Shown piece after piece: positions 42,736 through 63,288 of a stretch of 64,000 nucleotides of DNA (positions are counted from its first letter, which is position 1; each line of letters starts with the position of its first letter). Source of the DNA: Lytechinus pictus (lineage: Eukaryota). The notes beneath the pieces are model-generated. The model saw only the letters and a program-made list of their open reading frames with translations, ran no database searches and was not told the DNA's origin. Where the stretch lies: the NCBI RefSeq assembly GCF_037042905.1, contig NC_087245.1:16928001-16992000 (forward strand). Reading direction: 5' to 3'. The position numbers and the translations under genes are program-made.

Positions 42736-45673
42736 CAGATCTAGATTATGTACAATATTTTGACAATTAACCTTAATTTAAAAGACTTTCCGAAGAAATA
42801 ATTGTTTGCTGCAACTACTGTCTTTTACCCCTGGCCCTAAGTGATAGTGTAATACAACCCAAACATTTCATAAGAATTAATGTACATGTATGATTCTTTC
42901 ACCCAAATGCGAGCTTCCATAAATCCTGAAACTATTCCAACTCGGGTATTTTTTTTTTACATACAGTATATTTTTACCTACATTACATAGTTGTCTAAAG
43001 TTGAAGGTATATTTAATTACAATTTCAACGAAAAAGCTTTATTCTTGGAGATCATTATGCCTCTGTTATGTATTAATGTGTATTTATACATGATGTACAA
43101 TTGTATGTATTGCCTTGGTATAACAAACATTGTAATTTCATTCCTTTGACCCTAATACTGCATTTTCATAGAAAAGTGTTTTTTTTTCAATCTATTTAGA
43201 GTTTTCAACATTTTGTATTCCTTTTTTTTTTTGCTGGTAATATGTTATGCAACTTTTATTTATTAATAGAATATTTGCCACGATTTCGTAATTGAAATGC
43301 GTACATGTATTTGATTTCGTTTTCCATTTTTGTATATATTCTTTTTCGGGGGGGGGGGGGGGTCATGTTCTTGAGACCGAGACAAGTTATGCAAGGCCCT
43401 GGCATGGAGGATCATTATATTGTTACTGGGAATGCTGGACATTGTCTGACCACCTCAGTATTCACCAAATATAGATAATCCTCAATGACAAGGTCTTTGA
43501 AGTGATGTGTGTATGTACATTGCATGTAGAATTTAATGTTTAGGTCATTATCACGTCAGAATACGTTAAGATATCATAGTTGACTCCAAAAGACGTCATA
43601 TTCATTTCAATATGCGACGTCAATATGACGTCTATTACTAGTCAGCAATATGTTGCAAAGTCGTCATTCAGACGTCGTAGTTGACTTATAAAGACGTCAT
43701 AATTACATCAATATGACGTCTGAAACTGGTCAGGAATACGTCGCAAAGTTGTCATTAAGACGTCGTAGATGACTTTTAAAGACGTCATAATTACATCAAT
43801 ATGACGTCTAAAACCGGTCAGGAACACGTTGCACGGATGTCATTAAGACGTCGTTGTTGACTCTCGAAGACGTCATAATCACGTCAATACACGACGTCAA
43901 TCTGACCCTTGATACTGGTCAGGAAAACGTTGTAAAAACGTTGCTAAGACGTCATTAAGACGTCGTAGTCACTCTTGGAGACGTCATAATGACGTCAATA
44001 TACGACGTCATAATGACGTTATTCGCGGGTGCAAGATCCCGTCAATAAGACGTCATGTTACGACGTCAAAATGACGTGACACTCGTCGTTAAACTGACGT
44101 AATTATGACGTCATTTTTACCAGTTTCTGCTATCAGGGAGACGCGTAAACGTTCTCAAGTTGAAAGCGACACAGCGAAGCGACCAAGCTTGTCATTTGGG
44201 CACTTTTTGGAGTTTTAAAAGTGAAATACGAAGGCTTTCGTGCACACTTTTGGTGAATTTTGTGATAATTTTCAATAGAAAAATAAGTTTTTAAAAAATT
44301 AGGGGTCATCATGCCCCCGTATTGTCGTTGCGAGCATTTTGGGGCCAGGGTGAAATCGCCCCAAACGCCTCAAACAGACACTCCAAAATGTATTTGAAGT
44401 GCATTATTAGAACTGAAACTTATCTCTACACCAGGAAAAATTAACTTAACCAAAAAAGCAACAAGAAATATTTATAAAAAGTAGAAGGGCCTGTACAAGT
44501 ACACTGATATTTCACTCTCTCAGCTCATATGCACTTGATCGACTTCCATCGAGGATTCGGGCTAAATTCCGCCCGCCACTTCCGGGGACCAACCAACGTA
44601 GTATTTCGATGAAGAGCACTCCGTCGATTCACCGGTTGTCCCTACCGTACACGCGCGCCTATGGGGATTGTGAACTGTAGGAAAAATCGTATAAAATTAC
44701 ACTTTTTGATATTTCTACGAAGACGAAGTTATATAGAAAATGAAGAATATTACAATCAGACCATATCCCTAGAAAATTGCTTCAAGAAATGTCATTATGA
44801 AGAGGAAATGGACAAAAATTTGTGAAGAAAAATCACGAAAAAGGAAATCGCATCATGAATATTCATATCATGGGCGGTCCCACATTTGCATGTTATAGCG
44901 AGTTTTCCATTATTTAATAAATAATGGCATTATTTAATAAATAATGGCATTATTTAATAAATAATGGCATTATTTAACAAATAATCTTTATTTATAAATA
45001 ATGGAAAACTCGAACATTAAATAATGATTATTTATAAATAATGAGAATTATGGTGCACTCGAAAAAATTATTTATAAATAATGAAGTAGACGTTTTCATT
45101 ATTTAACAAATAATCATTATTTATAAATAATGGAAAACTCAACAAATTATTTATAAATAATGAAAAACAAATAATCATTATTTATAAATAATGAAAAACA
45201 AATAATCATTATTTGTAAATAATGAAAAACAAATAATCATTATTTATAAATAATGAAAAACAAATAATCATTATTTATAAATAATGAAAAACAAATAATC
45301 ATTATTTGTAAATAATGAAAAACAAATAATCATTATATATAAATAATGAAAAACAAATAATCATTATTTATAAATAATGAAAAACAAATAATCATTATTT
45401 ATAAATAATGAAAAACAAATAATCATTATTTATAAATAATGAAAAACAAATAATCATTATTTATAAATAATGGAATGTCGAACTATTATCATTTACAAAT
45501 AATGAAGTATTACTTGGAATTATATATAAATAATTAGAAATGATATTTTATATAATAGTAGTTATTTACAAATAAAATGTAAATTATATATCAATAATAG
45601 TTATTATTTAACAAATAATGATTATATAACAAATAATTGTTCTATATAATATTGGTACATTCGGCGCCTCATA

Positions 45674-53579
<7,906 letters not shown>

Positions 53580-53846
53580 CTCTAGCAAACACAATGTTAA
53601 TCACAAAAATAATGATGAAATTAAATACGCTTGATATAAACTTTTAGCATACACACGATCTAACTGTACAATTCTACGTTCGGAAAGCATTTTGTTAGGA
53701 ACATCCAAACCTACATGATCGTAAAAGGATGCCACGTGAGCATTGCAATCCATATGAAACTAACTATTTAATGTAATGTATGTATTAAAGAAAGTTCTAC
53801 AAACGAAAGACAAAAATAAGTAAATTGTCATCCAGGTGTATTATAA

Positions 53847-54084
53847 CAGTGGCGGATCAAGGGGAGGGGGTTAGGTATTTAAATTTCCACCTTGAGCTCC
53901 CTATAAATAATAAACAAGGAGTGTGGGGTCAAACCCAAACACCCCCTTCCCTGCATGTTTACGAGAGTCGCGCAAGCACAACAGTGGCTGATCTACGGAG
54001 GGGGGGGGGGGGTAGGGCGCATTACGTTGCAGCTCAAACCAACTTGTCAAAGCCCCCTCTCAGAAAACGCTAGATCCGCCACTG
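53847..54084. mobile_element. hAT-like MITE remnant(s)
   Basis: CAGTGGCGGATC ... GATCCGCCACTG inverted ends, second left end at 53982; no matching TSD. Confidence 0.5.
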
Positions 54085-54666
54085 ACTAACATAAAGTGCA
54101 CATATAAAGAAAATACATGAAATATATTCAGTGAAAATGGCAATGTATACATGTACATACAAATGACATGACCGTACGCAGCGGGGGGGGGGGGGGGGGG
54201 ATGCAGGGGGCAGTTACCCCCCCCCCCCCAAAAAAAAAAAAATATATATATATATACTGGGGTAGTAATAAATACACACATGAATAAGTTAATTAATAAA
54301 TTGATAAGTAAATAAATATCAGTGTTCTCGAATTTCAAACAAATTGTGCACGTATTCTTCAATTTCACTTCAATTTTAACAAAGTGCCCCTATGACAAAG
54401 CGCGGTCACTTTTTTGTACGACCATGTAAATGTATAGGCCTACAAATACCAATAATCAATCACGTAAACATTAAAATAGTATTGAATTATTACATAACCA
54501 TAATAAAACCTAAGAGAAGGAATGGAAGAAGACAAAAAGATAAAGAAAGGATTTCAATTGAAACGACTTAAAATGCCAGATCATATGTGTGTGTGGGGGG
54601 GGGGGAAGAAATTCCGATTAGAACTGATCACGATATACGAATGCTAAAATATTTTACAAGAAAATA

Positions 54667-54745
54667 ACTTACTGTTTCGGTTTTACTGCTGTTTTGGTAG
54701 CTTTTGGGTTGGGATCAGTGTTGCTTTCTTGACGTTCAGTGCTGC
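54667..54745 (-). promoter_or_regulatory. Possible non-coding first exon of gene C
   Basis: CAG|GTAAGT-like donor (acttac at 54667-54672) upstream of an ATG exon that begins with an acceptor (ctag AG ATG); no clear TATA box seen. Confidence 0.35.
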
Positions 54746-56899
54746 TCCATTACCATGATAATGATGTCTACTTCTCATGCAAATGGCTTGTAACGAAGAG
54801 CGGGGGCAGTCGCACCATTTCGAGACAACCGGGGGGGGGGGCTCGCTTTCTCAAAAGGGTATGTTGAGGGAGAGAACTCAATTCAACGCACCCTTCCGAG
54901 ACAATCATGGGGGCTTTTTACGAAAGGCTATGAGTAGTTCTCTGAACAGGTCGTTTCTATGAAATCACATTTCAAACAATGATAACAAAAACAATATATT
55001 AATATTAATGGGGAAAAAGAGAAAAGGTGACATTTTTGTATCAATTTTGAACAATTTGCATAAATGATGTTCATAATTCTAGACATATCCCCTCCCCCAC
55101 CACCACCACCAAAAACTTGCACTGACACACACATAAATAACTAGTGTACAGACTACTCGTCAAAAGCTCCCCAAGTTGTCTCGAAAGGGTGTGGCCAGCC
55201 CCACTCCACCCCTGCTCCGCGAACACAGACAAGTCATGTCGATGCCCTTTCCCCATCCTGTGTAGTAGTAATGGTACTCACTTAGTGATCGTAAGTATCG
55301 TTTTAATGGCTATTCACAAGCAATCAGTAAGATAAGACCGTATTACACCATCGATTGAAGGGTGTGGTTGAAAAACGAGTGTATGCTGTTCTCTTGACCA
55401 ATAGCAAAGTATGGAGAAGTTAACGTGCAAGGAATAACTACCATTGATTTCTTGATTATATGTGGCATGAATGAGGCACGTACATTTCATAAGGTGCTTA
55501 CATTATTGAAACATAAACTAAGACAAGGCAAATCCGACAAACTTACATGGATCATGATGAAAAACACGAATTAAAATGGCATGTGAACAAACGTACAGAA
55601 GTCAACAGCTAATGACACTTAATCGGGTACCACAAGTTAGAACTTCTTAATTGCCTTTAATATAGATCCTGGACAAAATATATTTTCCACAATCTTGAGA
55701 ATGATGCGAACTTTGACACTTGCTGTATTCAAACAAACTGAAGGTGAAAAGCTTTAAGCCATTCAATACTGCCTTCTCCATTCATAAAGGCGTTTCATTG
55801 TTTTGTACCGATATTTTTACTTTGGTGTTTTAGCAACATATAGTTTTTTTTAGTGAAGAGAGTTCTGAAAGAATGAGGGGTGCTGTATTCCCCTATTAAA
55901 TCGGGGGGGGGGGGGGAGGGGAATGGTCTTGCACTGGGACGGGCAGACGGGGACAGGATTTCCCCCAATGTTTGAAGTGGTAATTGTAGGCTTGTACCAA
56001 ATGGGTGGGTGATGGCGCGTCGCATACCCCCCTCCCCCGCTTTCACCAAAATGGTGTAACCGTGTTGGGAAAAAATACACCATTCTGCTTAGTTTTACCG
56101 AGATTAAAATGTAAGCAGCCATTTCAAAGCGGCTATCCTCACTACCACTTGATCTAATAGAAGATTTGTATAACACCATTCGGTACAATATCAGTTGGTC
56201 TCGTCGTCAAATCACTATTTGGTCCAATTGTTATTTGATATAATTACTATTTGATCTAAGGTGAGTTCGTCTAACAGCCATTTGGTCTTTGATTATTTGG
56301 TCTAATGCCGATTTTGTCTAATTGTCATTTCGTCTAGCCATTAATTGGCGATTGGTATATTATCAGAATGGTCTCATAACTACTTCATCTAAAATGGTCT
56401 AAAATAAAACGTACTCGGCAACGGCACCTCCATGAAGAGATACGATCAATCTGAACGATCAATTGTAACTTTTTAGGATGTGATTTGCCATAGATTTACA
56501 ATTGATATCGACAGTAAGATTGATTGTATTTTTTATGTCATCTTGTATTTCTTACCATCTGATCTAATCATCACCTCGTCTATACTGACCAACTGAGCTA
56601 TTTTTTATTATTTTTATTTTTTGCCATTTTCTACGACTACGGACCACTCTCAAATTATTAGAAAACTGATGTTCATAAACATGAAAAGGGATAAGGGTAA
56701 AGTTAGGGTACCTCTCCCCTCCCCATTGCGCCAGTACCCCCAGCAGCTGGACTTTAGATCAGCCCGATTATCCACGTGATCCATGTTCTGCCTATACTTT
56801 TGAAATTAGAGCAAATTAACATTTTGTGGCAATTAGACGAAATTATGATAATCCACCTGGTTAATAGACCAACTGGCTTTAGCCGAAATAGATATTACT

Positions 56900-57600
56900 A
56901 ATAATATTAATAATAAACACGTACAGCATTTATAAAGCGCCAGTATCAAGTAAACTATTCCGAGGCGCAGAGGGCTGGGGGATTACAGAAAAAATGTTTG
57001 CTTGTGTGGGTGTATGGTCAGATCAAATTACTCTTACATATTCAACAAACGTAAGAAGAAAACAGATAGGATTTTAAATACATGCTTCAAGCGATTCAGT
57101 TGATCGGATCCTCAGTGTAAGAGCATCCAGAGAGATGGAGCTGAAGAGGCAAAGTTTTTTTCTCTATAGGGTTAGGTTCGTTCTCTGTATATTTAGCTGT
57201 TTGTTAGTGGAGAAGTGGGGATTTCTTGCGGGAGTGTATTCTGAGATGAGGTCCTGAAGGAATATAGGTGACTAACCATGAAATGCTTTCCATGGGTGGA
57301 GTAAAATTTTGAATTTTATTCTTGTAGATACCGGTAACCAGTGAAGACTTTTAAGAATTGGAGTGAGATGTTCCACTGAGGACCCGAGCAGCAGAATTTT
57401 GAGCACGTTGCAGCTTGGCGAGTTGGTACGATGTAGTATTAAACAATAAAGTATTGCCATAATCAATACGAGATTATGAGCGAATCACAGATGCTGCAAC
57501 TTCAGATGACAGAGATTTCCTAGTGCTATGAATATTACGTAATTGTAAATATACCGATCGACATGTAGCAGTATTATGTGATGACATTAATGCCAACCCA
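56900..57600 (-). mobile_element. Decayed 3' fragment of an L2/CR1-group LINE
   Basis: Translation HLTPILKSLHWLPVSTRIKFKILL..KAFHG matches the characteristic L2/CR1 ORF2 C-terminal motif; GCGC..GCGCTTTATAAATG and a (TAT)n-like tail follow. Confidence 0.85.
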
Positions 57601-59991
57601 GGGTCAATATGAATTATTAGACAAAGTAAACACTAGACGAACTGATTATTAGGAAAAAATGAAAAACTGTGTTTAGATCTCATAATAATTATTTGTCTAA
57701 AACGTAAGAAATATGCCCAATAAAAAATGACCTCATGAAAAAATAAATAATCAATCTCATATTCTAATAACGGAATATCTGTCGTTAAGTCACTCCACTA
57801 AATACATTTTTTCTCTTTACCGTATTTAAATAGTTAAAGAGATATTTCGGTCCAAAGAAGTCTTGCATAAAATATTATTGCTCTAAGTGTTGTATCTAAC
57901 CCATATAGTTTGAATAAATCATTAAAAGTTTGTGCAATTCTACCGACTATTTTTAAAACATTTAAAAGTAACAGCTCCAATATACAGAGGTTCGAGGATC
58001 AGAACCTGGTGACGTCACTGGGATGCCATTGAAGGTCGTTGCCAGACGTAAATATTCATATCTAATTCTTCAAAAACTCAATATCACACACACACTCTCC
58101 CTCGCATACACCCATGGTCATATCTTTGAATCATCATGACTAGTCTTTAGGTTTTCAAACGCAATGAGACGAACGTTGACGTAAAATGTCATCAAATAAT
58201 AAGATATCTTGGGTAGATGTGAAAATGTCAAAAATAGCTTGCGCCAACATGAAAGAGTCGACCCCATTGACAGCCCCGTCTAAAGTCACAATTAAATGAA
58301 TTGCTCTGTACTTAGATACATCTATGTGTCTACTTCATATTTAGAAACATAATTTTGACAGCTTCTCCCAAAACTAACTTTTTTTCATATACATCTCGAT
58401 ATCATTTTCTTACCTCATTATTTCTCCCTCTCTCCACATTTCCTTTAATTCTCTGTAGCAATATCTCATTCTCTCATTCCACTCATTCTAATATCATGCT
58501 TCTCTTTACAGCCATGCTTACAGTACATAATGTCTCTCCAAATAATATCCCCTTACCACCAAAGGGGGTTCACCAAGAAATCATAACAATTCAGATGATA
58601 AAGGTCAGTATAAGGTGATTTAAAAAGGAAATCGGAAATTGAAATGATACTATTTACTTTGTTAACTGTCGCTCTTTTGCAAAACAGTGATGTGCATTAC
58701 GCAAAAGAATGATAAGCTATAGAAATTGTTTTTGTGCATGAAGTCGAAAGAATATATATTCATTTTGGATTGCGAAGCAGATTTTGCTGTTGTAGAAACT
58801 TTGTAATAATGGTATGAAAAATAAAGTTTATAACATGAAATTATCTAGTTTCATCCTTATTCACTATTTTCTTGAGTTCTCTTTTTTTAAAGATACGTAA
58901 AATCTCCAAGGCTGTATTGTCATTTTTTCATCATATACTTTTGTTTTCCTTCTTATGTTGTTTTCTTAGTCTAATATATCTGTTCAAATCAACATGATTT
59001 CAGAGTTAACAATAACTTGATAACAAAATAATACAAGGTGTTCACTCATTTTGAATGCGTCTTAAATTTTATTTAAATTTTTGAAATTCTCAGATGAGAC
59101 AAGAAACTGAAGAAAACTATTCTACAAAGCATCGACAATCATTAACGATACATACAGGCAAAAGATCATCTGATATTATTGTGCCCAAGATCCGGGTAAT
59201 TGTATACCATCAAATATATGCTATTGATTTCGCAACACAAATCCAGGCGTACTATTAACTAATGATACATTTATTTTATATTCAATTTAATGTATCATGC
59301 ATTAACAATAAATTAATTGAAATACAAGCTATTAAGATTACTATTCACAATAGCATTGAAAAAAAATGCAATCAATATATCGCCAAGGGAGTAATTTAAT
59401 GGTTAACTGCGAATCAATATGTCAGCGTCATACATACTCGTAATAACATAAATAAGGCGACTGACAAGCTAACTTTCATACTGCGATGAGATTTTGAATG
59501 CATTCTTGGATGCAAAGGCCCATGATACAATGAAACGCATCTACTGGCATGTTAAATTAACCACCCTTTTAAGTTTTTAAATTCAAATTTTCAGGAATTT
59601 TGATAAGTTCACTGTGATATGTCAGTGTTATTACTCCAATCTTGCATTGCAGCTTCTGTTTATTTACGTTAACATTTGATTTAATGCTCTTTAGATTTTA
59701 ACTACCATTGATGAAGTATTGTTTCCAGAGTAGAACTGATACCAATTATCAATGTTCATTAATTATGAATACACTCTATCTATAGGCCTATGATTTACTG
59801 GGGCTAATCTCAATGATCATGTCTCTCTATTTTCTAAGTTTCAATTGCCAAAATACAATAACAGATGAATGTATGTCACCGAGATTTATTTTTGTAAGAT
59901 TCAAATCAAATTAATTATAAGTACCAGAACAAGTTTAATAATCGTTATTATACGATGTTATTATAAGAGCCAGTCGAGGGTGTCTTTGCCA

Positions 59992-61889
59992 TTATTCCAT
60001 TTTGGAGATTGCCTTGAATCCTGACCTAGTAACTGAATTGTCGCTGATAAACCTCACATACATGGAGTTCTTGGTGGAAGTAATTGGTGAAGGGATCGTG
60101 CTTCCACACACCTTTTCAAGGTAAGGACCATGCATATCACCATCATGAACCTGTTGGAATGACGTCATAGATGGGTTAGAGAATACTTCAGTATATAACT
60201 ACATCACTTCATCACCACATGTATAGTCAAAGTAATTGCTGCCTATTTGTTTCAAGACAGTATCGCAAAGTCTCAGCAAATCTAACGATTCATCATTTTC
60301 AAAGTTTGAATTCATACTAGATTAAATGAAAGAGTATTACCATAAACACAAATTGTCAGACAGATTCAATCTAAAATATTGCAAGAATGGAATGGGGGCA
60401 CTGGAAATGTGTGGTGGATGGGCAAATGTGAATCTTTATAATGTAAAAAGGATGCAGAAAAAGAAAACTCTGAAAATCATCTGTGTTTTATTATAACTTT
60501 TTAAAAATGACATATTATTGGAACACATAATATGTGTGTTTTTTTTTTTTGGTAAAGCTCATAAAGACATAGATACATACTTTTACGCATGAGAAAGTAA
60601 CAGCTGGTTGAAGAAGAGATACCCCCAAAACGGCGGATGGTTAAAAATACATGCATATACCTCTACCATATAAAATAAACAAGGAATAGCAATAGCAATA
60701 TCCCTGTGGTTTTTTTTTTTTTTTTTGGGGGGGGGGGGTAATAATGGTTGGGCCATGACCTTGGATTTGTATTCCAAAGAAACTTTTTTTTTTTACAATG
60801 TTGGCTTTGATTAATATTGATTTAATTCAACTGATTGAAACTATCTATGAGGCTTTGCCAAGACCATGGTGGGACAAGGTAAGAGACAGATAACCATAAG
60901 AAATGCAACAAGATAAAATACCTCTACTGCATCTGAACTGCACGAAACATGATCTTCTATATCGATATCGTCGAACGTTAAGGTGATAGTCTGACCGACA
61001 GGGGCGTGGATAGTGAAAGAACAATCAGCATTATTTCCATAATTATCAGGGTAGTTGGGTGACGTCAACAGAGCTACGGAAGAGCTGATTATACCACCAC
61101 AAACTGGGTTATATCGGAAAGAGATGAATTGATAGGAAAATTGATGAATTGATTTCATTCAAATCATGTCGCACAGCCACAAACTGAAATGAACATGAAT
61201 TACGTAAAAAAAGAATCTGAAGATACAAATTGATACAGCATTTGATATTCCCTTTTCTACCCCCGCCCCCGCACCAGGGACTGCATCGATCTGTGTGAAG
61301 AACTGCATCTGAATCTATGTGACTCGTTACCACAATAGATCAAGTACCAATGGTCAATTTATCCATTTATCTACAACCATGAGAACGGTGAGAAAATAAA
61401 ATACTGAGCATGATTGATGTACATTACAATACATGGTTCAAACCCCAGCTGCGTCAGACCAAAAGACATTAAAAGATGGGAGTTGCTGCTACCCTGTTTG
61501 GCGTTCAACTATTAAAGGGATAGAGCCGTGTCGATCTGGCGCTGCACGGCCCATGATCAATTGGGCAAAGCAAGTATTTCATTTCATGTCTATTTCGAAC
61601 AATAAAAAAAAATATGGATTTAAATTCAACAGTAATCTTTCAATTTTCAGGTTCTCGGAGATATCCATTTAATTATCTATATACAGCTATATTTATAAGA
61701 TCTTCATTTTGCTCACATACCTCCCAACTCTATAATGTCGTAATTTGCAGAAAAGCCTCCACCTGTAATGATAAAATCACTTTCAAAAACCAGTAACATG
61801 TTTGGACCAGTGCTTGTCAAATCACCAGGAAGAGTGGTGCCACACAGTTTACCCAGCACATGGTCGCTCGGGCTGGCTCCATCATATAC
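59992..61889 (-). CDS. Gene D: last three exons (second half of CUB1, CUB2) of a further paralogue; upstream exons lie beyond the window
   Basis: Exons 61889-61721 (169 nt, VYDGASPSDHVLGKLCG..GFSANY), 61103-60922 (182 nt), 60150-59992 (159 nt, ..KME*); same sizes and phases as gene C exons 9-11. The protease domain is inferred, not seen. Confidence 0.9.
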
Positions 61890-62162
61890 CTGCAATAGCA
61901 ACGAAATATTTGAACCTCGTTTAGATATGATGTCGCAGAGTCAATATTTTTTATTATTATTAAAATAATATGAGGTTGATTTTTGTTCAGAAGATAATTG
62001 AAGGTTTGAAAATTTATCTGGAACAACCGCCCATTAAAAAAACCCACATCCCTTTTCTTTTGAGTACGGTCATTTGGTATATCCATTTTTTTTCATTTAT
62101 ATGTTTCATTGATTTACAATCATGCAAGAATTGTAATATGTACAAGACATCGACAATAATTA

Positions 62163-63175
62163 AACAAGTGGAATGCCTCACCTGCATCACGCGATTCAAT
62201 ATAGCAGCAGTGCTGACTTTGAAAAACAACCTTTTAATAATTATTCACAAAAAACACCATTCAAATGATACAATACTACGTTCATTGACATTTGACCTTG
62301 ATAATGTGACCTAAAACTTGTCAGTGATACTTGATTACCCCTATATCCACATTTTATACACTATATCTATAAACTTTGAAAGTTATGACAGCAATCTAAT
62401 AATTACCTCTAAAATGGCCAAAGTTCAATGACCTTAAATGACCTTTGACTTTGGTCATGTGACCTGAAACTCACATGAGATGTTCAGTGATACTTGACGA
62501 CTCTTATGTCCAAGTTTTATGAACTAGACCAATATACTTTCAGAGTTATGATGGTAATTCAACAAATACCCCCAACATGGCCAATATCCATTGACCTTTG
62601 ACCTTGGTCATGTGACCTGAAACTCGCACAAGATGTTCAGTGATACTTGGTTACTCTTATGTCCACGTTTTATGATCTAGACCAATACACTTACAGAGAT
62701 ATGATGGTAATTCAACAACAAAAAACCAACATGGCCAAAGTTCATTGACCCTAAATGACCTTTGACCTTGGTCATGTGACGTGAAACTCTTGCAGGATGT
62801 TCAGTAATACTTGATTAACCTTATGTCCAAGTTTCATGAACTAGGTCCATATATTTTCTAAGTTATGATGACATTTCAAAAACTTAACCTTAGGTTAAGA
62901 TTTTGATGTTGATTCCCCCAACATGGTCTAAGTTCATTGACCCTAAATGACCTTTGACCTTGGTCATGTGACATGAAACTCAGGCAGGATGTTCAGTAAT
63001 ACTTGATTAACCTTATGGCCAAGTTTCATGAACTAGGTCCATACACTTTCTAAGTTATGCTGTCATTTCAAAAACTTATCCTTCGGTTAAGATTTGGTGT
63101 TGACGCCGCCGCCGCCGTCGGAAAAGCGGCGCCTATAGTCTCACTCTGCTACATGTATGTAGGTGAGACAAAAAA
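62163..63175 (-). mobile_element. Helentron-associated (HINE/pearl-like) non-autonomous element with internal tandem array
   Basis: Subterminal inverted repeat TCACCTGCAT / ATGTAGGTGA, hairpin GTCTCAC..GTGAGAC, (GCC)n microsatellite, central 150-185-bp repeats built on GACCTTTGACCTTGGTCATGTGAC, A/T-run flanks, no TSD. Confidence 0.75.
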
Positions 63176-63185
63176 CCATTGTCAT

Positions 63186-63288
63186 CATGGACCTGGCCAC
63201 GGAGGATTAGCTATTGTTACTGGGGGTGCTGTGACAATGCTCAGCACCCCCAGTAGCAATAGAATAATCCTCCGTGGACAGGGCCCTG
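63186..63288. mobile_element. 103-bp hairpin hAT-like MITE
   Basis: About 46-bp imperfect TIRs; perfect 8-bp TSD ATTGTCAT (63178-63185 / 63289-63296). Confidence 0.85.

Larger units (their letters stand above)
40813..43002. repeat. Diverged direct duplication (40813-42012 and 42119-43002), each copy with a different MITE insertion
   Basis: GGGAAGAAAATG(C/T)GTAATTGCTGAGAAATGAGCAAAATAAGCATG through CCTACATTACATAGTTG occurs twice. Confidence 0.85.
28882..44138. mobile_element. 15,257-bp non-autonomous CACTA/EnSpm-like element nested in foldback copy 2
   Basis: 13-bp TIR CCCTGATAGCAGA; 2-bp TSD AG, with the empty site GAAGCAGACGCG visible in copy 1 at about 14343; GACGTC-rich subterminal arrays at 28900-29360 and 43540-44120; no transposase ORF. 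Confidence 0.88.
26900..45673. mobile_element. Foldback DNA transposon copy 2 (18,774 bp including a nested element) inserted in a coding exon of gene C
   Basis: Same TATGAGGCGCC..GGCGCCTCATA termini as copy 1; perfect 6-bp TSD CTCTTC (26894-26899 / 45674-45679). Foldback sequence occupies 26900-28881 and 44139-45673. Confidence 0.95.

Noticed and set aside
26900..45673. Polinton/Maverick interpretation (about 19 kb, long TIRs, 6-bp TSD)
   Set aside because: No polymerase, integrase or capsid ORFs; termini are TAT..ATA, not AG..CT; the size comes from a nested insertion.
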